Source: Lachnospiraceae bacterium
Lineage (GTDB): Bacteria; Bacillota; Clostridia; Lachnospirales; Anaerotignaceae
Assembly (NCBI GenBank): GCA_040772665.1
Contig: JAXGXT010000003.1
Span: 204,085-268,084 of the forward strand
DNA: 64,000 bases
Direction: 5' to 3'
Under the pieces are notes generated by a model, which did not search any database, had not been told where the DNA came from, and saw only the letters and a program-made list of their open reading frames with translations. Made by a program: the position numbers and the translations under genes. Positions 55,422 to 64,000 of this stretch are shown in pieces. How positions within the stretch are numbered: position 1 is the stretch's first letter; each line of letters begins with the position of its first letter.

Positions 55422-56162
55422 ATGAAAATTATTATTTCGCCTGCAAAGAGGATGAAAGAGGATAATGATTTTATTTTACCCAAAGGTCTGCCTGTTTTTA
55501 TTAAAAAGGCTGAGGTTTTAAAAGAATATATTTCAAAACTTAGCTATGAAGAGCTGAAAAAGCTTTTGGAGTGCAATGATGAAATTGCAGGGCTTAATTA
55601 TGAACGATATAAAAAAATGGAATTGCAGGGGGCTTCTACCCCTGCGATTTTGGCATATGAAGGTATTCAGTATAAGTATATGGCACCTGATGTTTTTGAA
55701 TATGAATATTTTGAGTATGTTCAGGAAAAATTGAGAATATTATCAGGGTTTTATGGTGTTTTAAAGCCCTTTGATGCTGTTGTTCCTTATCGAATAGAAA
55801 TGCAGGCAAGGTTTAAAACAAACTTTTGCGATAATCTTTATGATTTTTGGAAAGATGATATATTTTTGGAGCTTATTAAAAATGAAAAAACGATTTTAAA
55901 TCTTGCCTCTAAGGAGTACAGCAAGGTGATTAAAAAGTATTTAACAAAAGAGATTATGTTTGTTACATGCGTTTTTGGCCAGGTTATTGATGGTAAAATT
56001 AAAGAAAAAGGTGTTTATGTAAAAATGGCAAGAGGCGAGATGGTTCGGTTCATGGCTGAAAATAAAGTTGAAAACATTGAGGAAATAAAAGGTTTTGACA
56101 GACTTGGGTTTAGGTTTAGCAAAGAGTTTTCAAAAGATGATAGTTTTGTGTTTATCAGATAA
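55422..56162 (+). CDS. yaaA: Peroxide-stress protein YaaA (UPF0246/DUF328)
   Basis: MKIIISPAKRM N-terminus and the A..GIQYK... motifs. Confidence 0.85.
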   Translation: MKIIISPAKRMKEDNDFILPKGLPVFIKKAEVLKEYISKLSYEELKKLLECNDEIAGLNYERYKKMELQGASTPAILAYEGIQYKYMAPDVFEYEYFEYVQEKLRILSGFYGVLKPFDAVVPYRIEMQARFKTNFCDNLYDFWKDDIFLELIKNEKTILNLASKEYSKVIKKYLTKEIMFVTCVFGQVIDGKIKEKGVYVKMARGEMVRFMAENKVENIEEIKGFDRLGFRFSKEFSKDDSFVFIR

Positions 56163-56320
56163 GGATACATAATGGTGAAGCTTTTATATGTGGTTGGGAT
56201 GTGTATGGCAAAGACAAGCATCTGATTTACGAAGTAAAGTGCTGACATTAAATCCACAAGGCTTTCATCAAACAGGCGAAATTTATGGTTGTGATAAAAG
56301 ATATATAAGGAGAGATATTT

Positions 56321-56779
56321 ATGCTTGAAGCAGGAGAGAAGGCCCCTGAATTTATCCTTAAAGACAAAAGCGGCAGAGAGGTAAGGTTAAGTGATTTTCT
56401 TGGAAAGAGAGTTGTTGTGTATTTTTATCCCAAGGATAATACACCCGGATGTACAAAACAGGCAAAGGCTTTTGCCGAAAGCTACAGCAGATATGAAAAG
56501 CTGGGTGTGCCTGTTATAGGCATAAGCAAGGACAGTGAAAGTTCACATATGAAGTTTGCCGACAAATATGAACTGCCTTTTATACTTCTTTCAGACATCA
56601 GCCTTGAAGCCATTAAAGCATATGATGTATGGAAAGAAAAAAACCTTTACGGAAAGGTTTCTATGGGAGTTGTGAGAACAACTTATTTAATTGACGAAGA
56701 GGGGAAAATTGAAAAGGTTTGGCCAAAGGCTAAACCTGACATAAATGCAGTTGAAATTCTTGAATATTTAAAAGGGTAA
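56321..56779 (+). CDS. bcp: Thioredoxin-dependent thiol peroxidase (Bcp-type peroxiredoxin)
   Basis: YFYPKDNTPGCTKQA active-site motif. Confidence 0.93.
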   Translation: MLEAGEKAPEFILKDKSGREVRLSDFLGKRVVVYFYPKDNTPGCTKQAKAFAESYSRYEKLGVPVIGISKDSESSHMKFADKYELPFILLSDISLEAIKAYDVWKEKNLYGKVSMGVVRTTYLIDEEGKIEKVWPKAKPDINAVEILEYLKG

Positions 56780-56831
56780 AAAAGAAACACATTTTAATCA
56801 GCCGCAGAAGCTTTTTAAAATGTGTTTTATT

Positions 56832-57719
56832 TTACATTTTTTCAAATTTTTTTAAGAAACAAAGTCCGAGGGTTCCCGGGCCTGTATGTGCTGATATTGT
56901 TGCGCCGATTGTATAGTTTTCCTCAAAGGTTATTTGGGGGTAAACTAAAGAAAGTTCTGATTTAAACAAGGGTATTTCGTCGGGAGTATCTGTTGCACCT
57001 ATTGTAAAAAGATAGTCATAAGGATTTTCTCCTGTTGACTGGAAGTAATTTTTTGTTACTTCAATCAGTTTTTTTATTCCGCCTTTTCTGCTTCTGGAAA
57101 CACCAGCCAGACTTATTTCGCCGTTTTTAAGCTCTATAAGAGGTTTAATTTTAAGCATATTGCCTGCCGCCGCTCCTACTTTGCCTATTCTTCCGCCTTT
57201 TTGAAGGTGGTCTAAGCCGCCAACCATAAACATTATTCTTCCTTTATCACGAAGTGCAATGCAAAGAGCATTAACTTTATCGATGTTCATGCCTTGTTCT
57301 CTCATTTTTGCCGCTTCAAAAACAAGAAGCTGCTGAAGCCCTGTGGCAAACCATGAGTTTATTACATATATTTTTGCATTTGGAAAGCTTTCTTCAAGGA
57401 TTTCTTTTGCCGTAAGAGCAGACTGATGCGAGCCGCTTAATGTAAGTGTAAGGTTAAAGCACAAAATGTCTTTACCTGCCTCAAGAGAGGGTGTAAAGGC
57501 ATCTATATAGTCTTGGACTGAGGGTAGGGACGTTTTTGGAAAGACGTTCCCTTTTGAAAATTCCTTGAAATATTCTTCCAATGAAAGCTCTGTAAGTTCT
57601 TTTTTATAAGTTTCTCCGTTTAAAGAGACATAGAAGGGTATTATTAATATATTTTTTGTTTTTGCAACTTGGGGTTGAATATCAGCCGCTCCGTCGCTGA
57701 AGATTGAAAATTCCGACAT
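56832..57719 (-). CDS. DegV-family fatty-acid-binding protein
   Basis: 295 aa. The LSGSHQSA and GLDHLQKGGRIG motifs are typical of DegV. Confidence 0.88.
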   Translation of the reverse strand: MSEFSIFSDGAADIQPQVAKTKNILIIPFYVSLNGETYKKELTELSLEEYFKEFSKGNVFPKTSLPSVQDYIDAFTPSLEAGKDILCFNLTLTLSGSHQSALTAKEILEESFPNAKIYVINSWFATGLQQLLVFEAAKMREQGMNIDKVNALCIALRDKGRIMFMVGGLDHLQKGGRIGKVGAAAGNMLKIKPLIELKNGEISLAGVSRSRKGGIKKLIEVTKNYFQSTGENPYDYLFTIGATDTPDEIPLFKSELSLVYPQITFEENYTIGATISAHTGPGTLGLCFLKKFEKM

Positions 57720-57896
57720 ATAAGCCTCCTATATAAAACAAGGTGTGATTGTTTTTAAAACTATGTTATATGGTTTTAATTTATCATTTTAAAATGTTTC
57801 TGTCAACTTTAAAGCATGGATTTTAAAAGAAAAAAGAATAAAAAACTTAAAATTAATAAGAAGTTTAAAAAAAGTATATAATGGGAATTAATACTA

Positions 57897-57925
57897 TTGA
57901 CATATTTATTCTTAGTTGATAAAAT
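57897..57925 (+). promoter_or_regulatory. Promoter candidate upstream of carD (TTGACA-17-TAAAAT)
   Basis: Hexamers at 57897-57902 and 57920-57925. Confidence 0.5.
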
Positions 57926-58007
57926 TAATATTTTTGATTTTATCTTAGGTTTGTGATACAATGGTAAAGGATATTATTGACGTTTATTTATTAAAGAGGG
58001 TGTTTAG

Positions 58008-58487
58008 ATGTTTAAGGTTGGAGATAGGATTGTTTATCCTATGTATGGTGCAGGGATTGTTGATGCTGTTGAAGAAAGCAAAAACGGAGATGTTGTTGAA
58101 AAGCACTATATCATAAGAATTCCTAACGGAAATCTTAAAATAAAGGTTTCGGCGAAAAAGACTGAAACAATTGGTATTCGTCTTATAAGTGATGAAGACG
58201 AAATTAATTCTGTAATTGAACAGGTGTCAAAAATACCTGTTGTTATTCAAAGCAACTGGAATCAAAGATACAAAGAAAATCTTGAAAAAATTAAAACAGG
58301 CAAACTTAGTGAAGTTGTTGAAGTTGCAAGAGCCCTTATGCTCAGAGAAAGAGAGAGGGGTCTTTCCAGTGCTGAAAAGAAAATGCTTAATAACGCAAAG
58401 CAGATTGTTGTAAGCGAAATTGTATATGCAAAAAAAATGGAACAGGAAATTGCTGAAGAATATCTTGCAAAAACCCTTTTAAGTTGA
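58008..58487 (+). CDS. carD: CarD/CdnL-family RNA-polymerase-binding transcription regulator
   Basis: MFKVGDRIVYPMYGAG N-terminal Tudor-like domain. Confidence 0.92.
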   Translation: MFKVGDRIVYPMYGAGIVDAVEESKNGDVVEKHYIIRIPNGNLKIKVSAKKTETIGIRLISDEDEINSVIEQVSKIPVVIQSNWNQRYKENLEKIKTGKLSEVVEVARALMLRERERGLSSAEKKMLNNAKQIVVSEIVYAKKMEQEIAEEYLAKTLLS

Positions 58488-58554
58488 TAAACTGATATTC
58501 TCAATACCCATATAATGGATGGGTGTGGGAAAATAAAAACGGGGAGGTAAGGCC

Positions 58555-59622
58555 ATGCTTAAAAGGCTGCTGGAATTTCTTATTAGCTTTGTGTTTACTG
58601 CCTTTTTATGCATATTGCTTCAGGGGTTTTATGAAAACAATATTGAAAAATTAGGAGAATTCATACCATCTAATGTTCCGTTTGTTTCGGCCATAGTGGT
58701 AGGGATAGTTTTTTTCTTTGTTTTCGCACCTATGATCACCAATGCTATTTTGGAAATAATGGAGGATTTTGAAACAAGGCTTGTTAAAATGAGTCTTAAA
58801 GATCTTTTGGCAAGTATTTTCGGCGTTTTTGTGGGTCTTGCAATTGCCAACCTTCTTGGTATTGCCATAAGCGGATATGGTGTTATAGGAACAAGTATCA
58901 CTATAGGTATGAACCTTGTTTTCGGGTTTATAGGTTTTAGGGTTGCAAGGAGAAAAAAGGACGAAATCGGAGGTCTTGGAGGGCTTTCCGAGTTTTCAAA
59001 GCCCAAAATTAAAAGCGTTGGGGGAAAGCCTAAAATACTTGACACAAGCGTTATTATTGACGGGCGTATTCTTGATTTACTTAAAACAGGGTTTATCGAA
59101 GGAAAAATTGTTATACCAAACTTTGTGCTGGAGGAGCTTAGGCACATTGCAGACTCTTCAGACTCTTTAAAAAGAAACAGAGGAAGAAGAGGATTGGATA
59201 TTTTAAACGAGATTCAAAAACAAACAGATGTAAGTGTTGAAATTATAGACTTTAACACAAAAGAAAATCTTGAGGTTGACAGTAAGCTTCTTAAAATGGC
59301 TGAAAAAACAGATTCTTTTGTTGTTACAAATGATTTTAACCTTAACAAAGTTGCAGAATTTAAGGGTGTAAAGGTTCTTAATATAAACGAACTTAGCAAT
59401 GCCATTAAGCCTGTAGTGCTGCCTGGAGAAGACATGCATGTTCCCGTTATAAAGGCCGGCAAGGAGTTTGGCCAAGGGGTTGCATATCTTAACGACGGAA
59501 CAATGATTATTGTTGAGGGCGGAAACAAATACATAGGCGAAAGCATTGATGTTGTTGTGACAAGTGTGCTTCAAACAGCGGCGGGAAGAATGATTTTTAC
59601 CAAGAAAAAAACCGATTTTTAA
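58555..59622 (+). CDS. yacL: PIN/TRAM-domain membrane protein (YacL-like)
   Basis: N-terminal TM helices, a PIN domain (KILDTSVIIDGRI) and a C-terminal TRAM domain. Conserved carD-yacL-ispD order. Confidence 0.85.
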   Translation: MLKRLLEFLISFVFTAFLCILLQGFYENNIEKLGEFIPSNVPFVSAIVVGIVFFFVFAPMITNAILEIMEDFETRLVKMSLKDLLASIFGVFVGLAIANLLGIAISGYGVIGTSITIGMNLVFGFIGFRVARRKKDEIGGLGGLSEFSKPKIKSVGGKPKILDTSVIIDGRILDLLKTGFIEGKIVIPNFVLEELRHIADSSDSLKRNRGRRGLDILNEIQKQTDVSVEIIDFNTKENLEVDSKLLKMAEKTDSFVVTNDFNLNKVAEFKGVKVLNINELSNAIKPVVLPGEDMHVPVIKAGKEFGQGVAYLNDGTMIIVEGGNKYIGESIDVVVTSVLQTAAGRMIFTKKKTDF

Positions 59623-59665
59623 AATGCCATAATATTTAGAATATATCAGTTTTGGAGGTAGCCCT

Positions 59666-60373
59666 ATGCTTAAATGCGGTGCTGTTATTGTGGCGGCTGG
59701 AAGCGGAAAAAGAATGAAAAGCACAATAAAAAAGCAGTTTTTAAAGCTTGAGAATAAAGAGATTTTTGCACTTGCAGCGGAGAGGTTTGAAGAATTTGAT
59801 TTGATTTCACAAGTTATACTTGTTGTTTCAGAAGAAGATTTAAAAGAAACCGAAAAGATAGTTTTTAAATATGGTTTTAAAAAAACAAAGATTGTTTGCG
59901 GAGGAAAAGAAAGGCAGAACTCTGTTTATAACGGGCTTAAGGCTTTAGACAGTGATACTGACATTGTGCTTATTCATGACGGTGTCAGGCCTTTTGTTTC
60001 TTCAAGGTGTATAGAGGATGTAATCAAAAAGACAGAGGAAACAGGAGCGTGTGTTGCCGCCGTTTCTGTTAAAGACACAATTAAGGTCTGTGAAAAAAAT
60101 ATTATAAAGAGCACATTGGAAAGGGATAAGCTTTATGCTGTGCAGACGCCTCAAGGTTTTAGCTATAAGGCGATTTTGGCAGTTTATGAGACCCTTGGTT
60201 CAATGATAAGTGTTACAGACGATTCTGCCCTTATGGAAGAGGCTGGGTATGACGTCTGTGTTGTTTCAGGAAGTTATTACAACATTAAAATAACAACACC
60301 TGAGGATTTGATATTTGGTGAGGCGATTTTAAAAAGCGGTGAATGGAGGAATGACGGCTTTGCGGACTGTTGA
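59666..60373 (+). CDS. ispD: 2-C-methyl-D-erythritol 4-phosphate cytidylyltransferase
   Basis: VIVAAGSGKRM, GGKERQNSV and IHDGVRPF motifs. Confidence 0.94.
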   Translation: MLKCGAVIVAAGSGKRMKSTIKKQFLKLENKEIFALAAERFEEFDLISQVILVVSEEDLKETEKIVFKYGFKKTKIVCGGKERQNSVYNGLKALDSDTDIVLIHDGVRPFVSSRCIEDVIKKTEETGACVAAVSVKDTIKVCEKNIIKSTLERDKLYAVQTPQGFSYKAILAVYETLGSMISVTDDSALMEEAGYDVCVVSGSYYNIKITTPEDLIFGEAILKSGEWRNDGFADC

Positions 60374-60824
60374 TATATACACAGACGGGGCATGCTCGGG
60401 AAACCCGGGGCAGGGCGGATATGGCATTGTTATGCTTTACGGAGATCACAGAAAAGAGCTTTCGCAAGGGTTTAAACTTACAACAAACAACAGAATGGAA
60501 GCACTTGCCGTTATTAAAGCCCTGGAGAGCCTTAAAGAGCCTTGCAAGGTAAACTTATACAGCGATTCAAAGTATGTTGTTGACGCTGTTGAAAAAGGCT
60601 GGGCAAAAAAGTGGAAAGCCAATGGATGGAAAAGAAACAGCAAGGAAATGGCAAGCAACATTGACCTTTGGGAAAGAATGCTTAAAATTCTTGAAATACA
60701 TGATGTTAAATTTATATGGGTTAAGGGACATGCCGATAATGTGGAAAATGAAAGATGCGATGTTTTGGCAAGAAACGCAATTTTATCGGGGAATTTGCTA
60801 AATGACGAAGAATATAGACCTTAA
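60339..60824 (+). CDS. rnhA: Ribonuclease HI
   Basis: IYTDGACSGNPG, TNNRMEL-like and KGHA..ENERCD motifs. The start is GTG 60339 or ATG 60351. Overlaps the ispD 3' end. Confidence 0.9.
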   Translation: MNGGMTALRTVDIYTDGACSGNPGQGGYGIVMLYGDHRKELSQGFKLTTNNRMEALAVIKALESLKEPCKVNLYSDSKYVVDAVEKGWAKKWKANGWKRNSKEMASNIDLWERMLKILEIHDVKFIWVKGHADNVENERCDVLARNAILSGNLLNDEEYRP

Positions 60825-60861
60825 ATAGTATATCTTTGTCTAAAATTAATAAAAAATATAG

Positions 60862-60890
60862 TTGACATGGGTTTTTTTATGTGGTATGCT
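60862..60890 (+). promoter_or_regulatory. cspA promoter (TTGACA-17-TGgTATGCT, extended -10)
   Basis: Hexamers at 60862-60867 and 60885-60890. Confidence 0.65.
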
Positions 60891-60945
60891 CATAAAGTCA
60901 AAAGACAAATTATCAATTTTTTTTAAACAGTAGGAGGATTTTTAA

Positions 60946-61146
60946 ATGAAAAAAGGTACAGTAAAATGGTTCAACGCAGAAAAAGGTTTCGGATTTATTT
61001 CTATTGAAGGTGAAGACGATGTATTCGTACACTTCTCAGCTATCCAGTCAGACGGATACAAGACTCTTGAAGAAGGTCAGGAAGTAGAATTCGAAGTTGT
61101 TCAAGGCGCTAAAGGACCACAGGCTGCTAACGTAACACGTGCTTAA
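60946..61146 (+). CDS. cspA: Cold-shock protein (CspA family)
   Basis: [15 protein letters not shown] and VFVHF RNP motifs. Confidence 0.97.
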   Translation: MKKGTVKWFNAEKGFGFISIEGEDDVFVHFSAIQSDGYKTLEEGQEVEFEVVQGAKGPQAANVTRA

Positions 61147-61228
61147 TCATTTAGTAATATAGTCAACTGTACTTATGCATTTGATATATAAAAAGAAGGA
61201 TTAGAGCAAGACCGCTTTTAAAGCGCTG

Positions 61229-61257
61229 GGCATGGTGAAAATTCATCATGCCTTTTT
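61229..61257 (+). terminator. Rho-independent terminator after cspA
   Basis: ggcatggtga / tcatcatgcc stem followed by TTTTT. Confidence 0.75.
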
Positions 61258-61366
61258 ATATTGTCAAAAGTTATTTTTATTTATAAATAAAAAAATTGCG
61301 TATACTTGTCTATTGTGGTAAAATAATTCGGTTAGGTATGTATTTTATATAGGGAGCAATGATTAA

Positions 61367-63202
61367 ATGAAGATTAAAAATGAAAAAATTCGCAATATAG
61401 CTATAATTGCCCATGTTGACCATGGCAAAACAACTTTGGTTGATGCACTTTTAAAACAAAGCGGCACATTTCGCTCTAATCAGGTTGTGCAGGAGCGTGT
61501 TATGGACAGCGGTGATATAGAAAGAGAAAGAGGCATAACCATACTTTCAAAAAATACTTCTGTTCACTATGGTGATGTTAAAATAAATATTATTGATACA
61601 CCGGGGCATGCTGACTTTGGAGGAGAGGTTGAGCGTGTGCTTAAGATGGTTAATGGTGTTGCACTTGTTGTAGACGCTTTTGAAGGGCCTATGCCTCAGA
61701 CAAAGTTTGTTCTTAAAAAAGCTTTAGAGCTGGAGCTGCCTGTTATTGTTTGTGTTAACAAGGTTGACAGGCCCGAGGCAAGATGCGATGATGTTGTTGA
61801 CGAGGTTCTTGAACTTTTTATGGAGCTTGATGCAAACGAGGAGCAGCTTGATTCTCCTTTTGTTTTTGCGTCGGCAAGACAGGGGATAGCTTCTCTTGAT
61901 TACAATAACTTGGAAGACGACATGAAGAGCTTGTTTGAAACAATTATAGACCATATACCCGCACCTGAGGGTGATCCTGAGGCTCCTTTACAGACTCTTA
62001 TAACCACAATTGATTATAGTGAATATGTTGGCAGAATAGGCATTGGAAAGGTTGAAAACGGAACAATAAAGGTTAATGACGAATGTGTTCTTGTAAACAT
62101 ACACAGCCCTAATTTCAGCCAGAAGGTTAGAATAAGCAAGTTATATGTTTATGAGGGTCTTCAAAGGATTGAGGTTAAAGAGGCTTCAATAGGTTCTATT
62201 GTTGCGGTGTCAGGAATTGCAGATGTAAGAATCGGGGACACTATATGCTCTGTTAATGAGCCTGCGGCTCTGCCTTTTGTAAAGATTTCTGAACCTACAC
62301 TTGCCATGACATTTTCCGTAAACGACAGCCCTTTTGCAGGGCAGGACGGCAAGTTTGTTACTTCAAGGCATCTTAGAGAAAGGCTTTATAAAGAGCTTAA
62401 CACAGATGTAAGCCTTAGGGTTGAGGATACAGAGTCAACAGAGGCCTTTAGGGTCAGCGGAAGAGGAGAGCTTCACCTTTCAATTCTTATAGAAACAATG
62501 AGAAGAGAAGGGTATGAGTTTCAGGTAGGAAAGCCTCAAGTTCTTTTTAGAGAAATTGAGGGAGAAAGCTGTGAGCCAATTGAAAATGTTACAATTGATG
62601 TGCCTGAAGAATTTGTTGGCAATGTTATTGAAAAGCTGGGAAGCCGCAAGGGTGAAATGACAGACATGCACCCTTCCGCAGGAGGATATACAAGGCTTAA
62701 GTTTTTAATTCCTGCAAGGGGACTTATTGGATACAGGAACGAATTTTTAACCGACACAAAAGGAAACGGCATACTTAACTCTATTTTTGAAGGGTACGAG
62801 CCTTACAGAGGTGAAATACCCAAAAGAGCACAAGGTTCACTTATTGCCTTTGAAAGCGGAGAGGCTGTTGCTTATGGTCTTTACAACGCACAAGAAAGAG
62901 GAGATTTGTTTATCGGTGCAGGAGTAAAGGTTTATGCAGGAATGGTTGTAGGAAGAAATGCAAGAAATGATGACATGGAGGTTAATGTATGCAAGAAAAA
63001 GCAGCTTACCAACATGCGTTCTTCAAGTGCTGATGATGCACTTAAGCTTGTTACGCCAATCAATATGAGCCTTGAGCAAAGTCTTGAGTTTATTGCTGAC
63101 GACGAGTTAGTTGAGGTGACACCAACAAGTTTGAGAATAAGAAAGAAAATTCTTGATTCACAAACCAGGAAAAAAACAAGAAACCGTGAGCAAAACAGCT
63201 AA
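61367..63202 (+). CDS. typA: Translational GTPase TypA/BipA
   Basis: [33 protein letters not shown] and NKVD G-motifs. 611 aa. Confidence 0.96.
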   Translation: MKIKNEKIRNIAIIAHVDHGKTTLVDALLKQSGTFRSNQVVQERVMDSGDIERERGITILSKNTSVHYGDVKINIIDTPGHADFGGEVERVLKMVNGVALVVDAFEGPMPQTKFVLKKALELELPVIVCVNKVDRPEARCDDVVDEVLELFMELDANEEQLDSPFVFASARQGIASLDYNNLEDDMKSLFETIIDHIPAPEGDPEAPLQTLITTIDYSEYVGRIGIGKVENGTIKVNDECVLVNIHSPNFSQKVRISKLYVYEGLQRIEVKEASIGSIVAVSGIADVRIGDTICSVNEPAALPFVKISEPTLAMTFSVNDSPFAGQDGKFVTSRHLRERLYKELNTDVSLRVEDTESTEAFRVSGRGELHLSILIETMRREGYEFQVGKPQVLFREIEGESCEPIENVTIDVPEEFVGNVIEKLGSRKGEMTDMHPSAGGYTRLKFLIPARGLIGYRNEFLTDTKGNGILNSIFEGYEPYRGEIPKRAQGSLIAFESGEAVAYGLYNAQERGDLFIGAGVKVYAGMVVGRNARNDDMEVNVCKKKQLTNMRSSSADDALKLVTPINMSLEQSLEFIADDELVEVTPTSLRIRKKILDSQTRKKTRNREQNS

Positions 63203-63382
63203 GGTTTTTGAAGCTATAATGCAAGACATGGATGTTTTAGAGAAATTTTAACTTTGTTTAAAAGGTTATAGATAGGAAATATTTAATATATTTCAAAGCC
63301 AATGTGTATACATTGTTGTTACCTGTAAGGGCGAAGCCCTTATGTGAATGATGGGGCAAAACCCCGTGGTTTTTGGTTTTGA

Positions 63383-64000
63383 GGTGTTTTTTATGGGAAG
63401 TAAGCAGAGAAGCTCTTTTGTTAAGCAGGCGGCGATTTTGGCGGCCGCCAGCCTTATTGTTAGATTTATAGGGTTTTTATACCGTTTTCCCATGTCGAAC
63501 CTTATTGGTGACGAGGGCAACGCAATTTATGGTGCAGGATATCAGGTTTATAATTTTTTGCTTATATTATCTTCTGCAGGATTGCCTGCCGCCATTGGAA
63601 AAATGGTTTCGGAAAGGCTTGCTTTAAAAGAATACAAAAATGCACACAAGGTGTTTACTGCGGCGCTTATTGGCAGCGGAACAATAAGTTTTATATTTAT
63701 GGTTATTATGTTTGTTTTTGCCAAAAAGATTGCTGTTGATGTATGTAAAATGCCTGAGGCGGCTTATACACTTATGACACTTGCACCGACTATATTTATT
63801 GTTGGAATTATGTCGGTTTTTCGAGGATATTTTCAAGGTATGGGAAACATGATTCCCACAGCCGCATCTCAAATTATTGAGCAAATTTTTAATGCTATTT
63901 TCAGCGTTTTGTTAGCATGGCTTCTTATAGGCAAGGGTGTTGAATGGGGAGCGGCAGGCGGAACGGCAGGAACGGGAATAGGTGCTTTTTTTGGGCTTTT
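63383..64000 (+). CDS. MOP-superfamily flippase (MurJ/SpoVB-like polysaccharide biosynthesis protein), 3' end cut by the window edge
   Basis: Translated by hand: MGSKQRSSFVKQAAILAAASLIVRFIGFLYRFPMSNLIGDEGNAIYGAGYQVYNFLLILSSAGLPAAIGKMVSERL... It is open to nt 64000, so it is absent from the ORF track. GAGGTG RBS. Confidence 0.75.

Noticed and set aside
56172-56225. A 17-codon ORF (MVKLLYVVGMCMAKTSI) in the yaaA-bcp spacer, which could be a leader peptide or small toxin.
   Set aside because: It has no RBS, no recognisable motif and no associated structure, so it cannot be distinguished from chance.
63270-63380. A possible fifth, degenerate repeat copy upstream of the flippase gene. The evidence is ttaactttgttta shared with 42948-42960, and the hairpins aagggc-gaa-gccctt and gggg-caaaa-cccc, which resemble gagggc-aaa-gccctc.
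   Set aside because: The matches are short (13 nt or less) and the module order is not preserved. That is not enough by eye to call homology, and it needs a covariance-model search.
1-64000. I scanned the whole window for defence islands, toxin-antitoxin pairs, prophage or integrative elements, and tRNA, rRNA or tmRNA genes.
   Set aside because: No integrase, transposase, restriction, Cas, abortive-infection or phage structural signatures were recognised. The only PIN-domain protein is the housekeeping YacL homolog in its conserved carD-yacL-ispD context. No cloverleaf or rRNA-like sequences were seen.

Overview
This 64 kb window looks like chromosomal core genome from a low-GC Firmicute, probably a strictly anaerobic Clostridia-type organism. 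That assignment is inferred from gene content and codon and AT bias. I call about 65 genes, almost all on the + strand, and found no rRNA, tRNA, CRISPR array, transposase or phage genes. In order, the window contains:
- the 3' part of a CopA copper ATPase, then csoR
- mazG, hup and a yabO-like gene
- a stand-alone carB
- a small redox island: an ArsR/FeS-protein operon, a frameshifted ferritin-like gene, a TrxR-like flavoprotein and trxA
- a complete streptococcal-type FASII cluster (fabT-fabH-acpP-fabK-fabD-fabG-fabF-accB-fabZ-accCDA), with a second FabK-like gene next to it and recognisable FabT-type palindromes
- a GntR regulator and panB
- a Na/Pi transporter, pdxK and a D-Ala-D-Ala carboxypeptidase
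- comEA, a two-component system, a GerM-like gene, comEC, holA and recQ
- a radical-SAM / TIGR03936-like / RNase G trio
- purM, purN and purD
- a four-gene putative sensory [FeFe]-hydrogenase module: 2Fe-2S protein, HydS-like PAS hydrogenase, PP2C phosphatase and a catalytic hydrogenase
- yaaA, bcp, degV, carD, yacL, ispD, rnhA, cspA, typA and the 5' end of a MurJ/SpoVB-like flippase gene

The least explained signal is non-coding. A family of modular, hairpin-rich intergenic repeats occurs at four loci, near 12.6, 17.0, 39.4 and 42.8 kb. One stem shows compensatory base changes between copies, one 109-nt segment is about 97% identical between two loci, and one roughly 370-bp composite copy is bounded by roughly 47-51 nt inverted repeats. 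Most of the rest of the window is ordinary housekeeping sequence. All function calls rest on motifs I recognised by eye and on recalled family knowledge. No database search was run.
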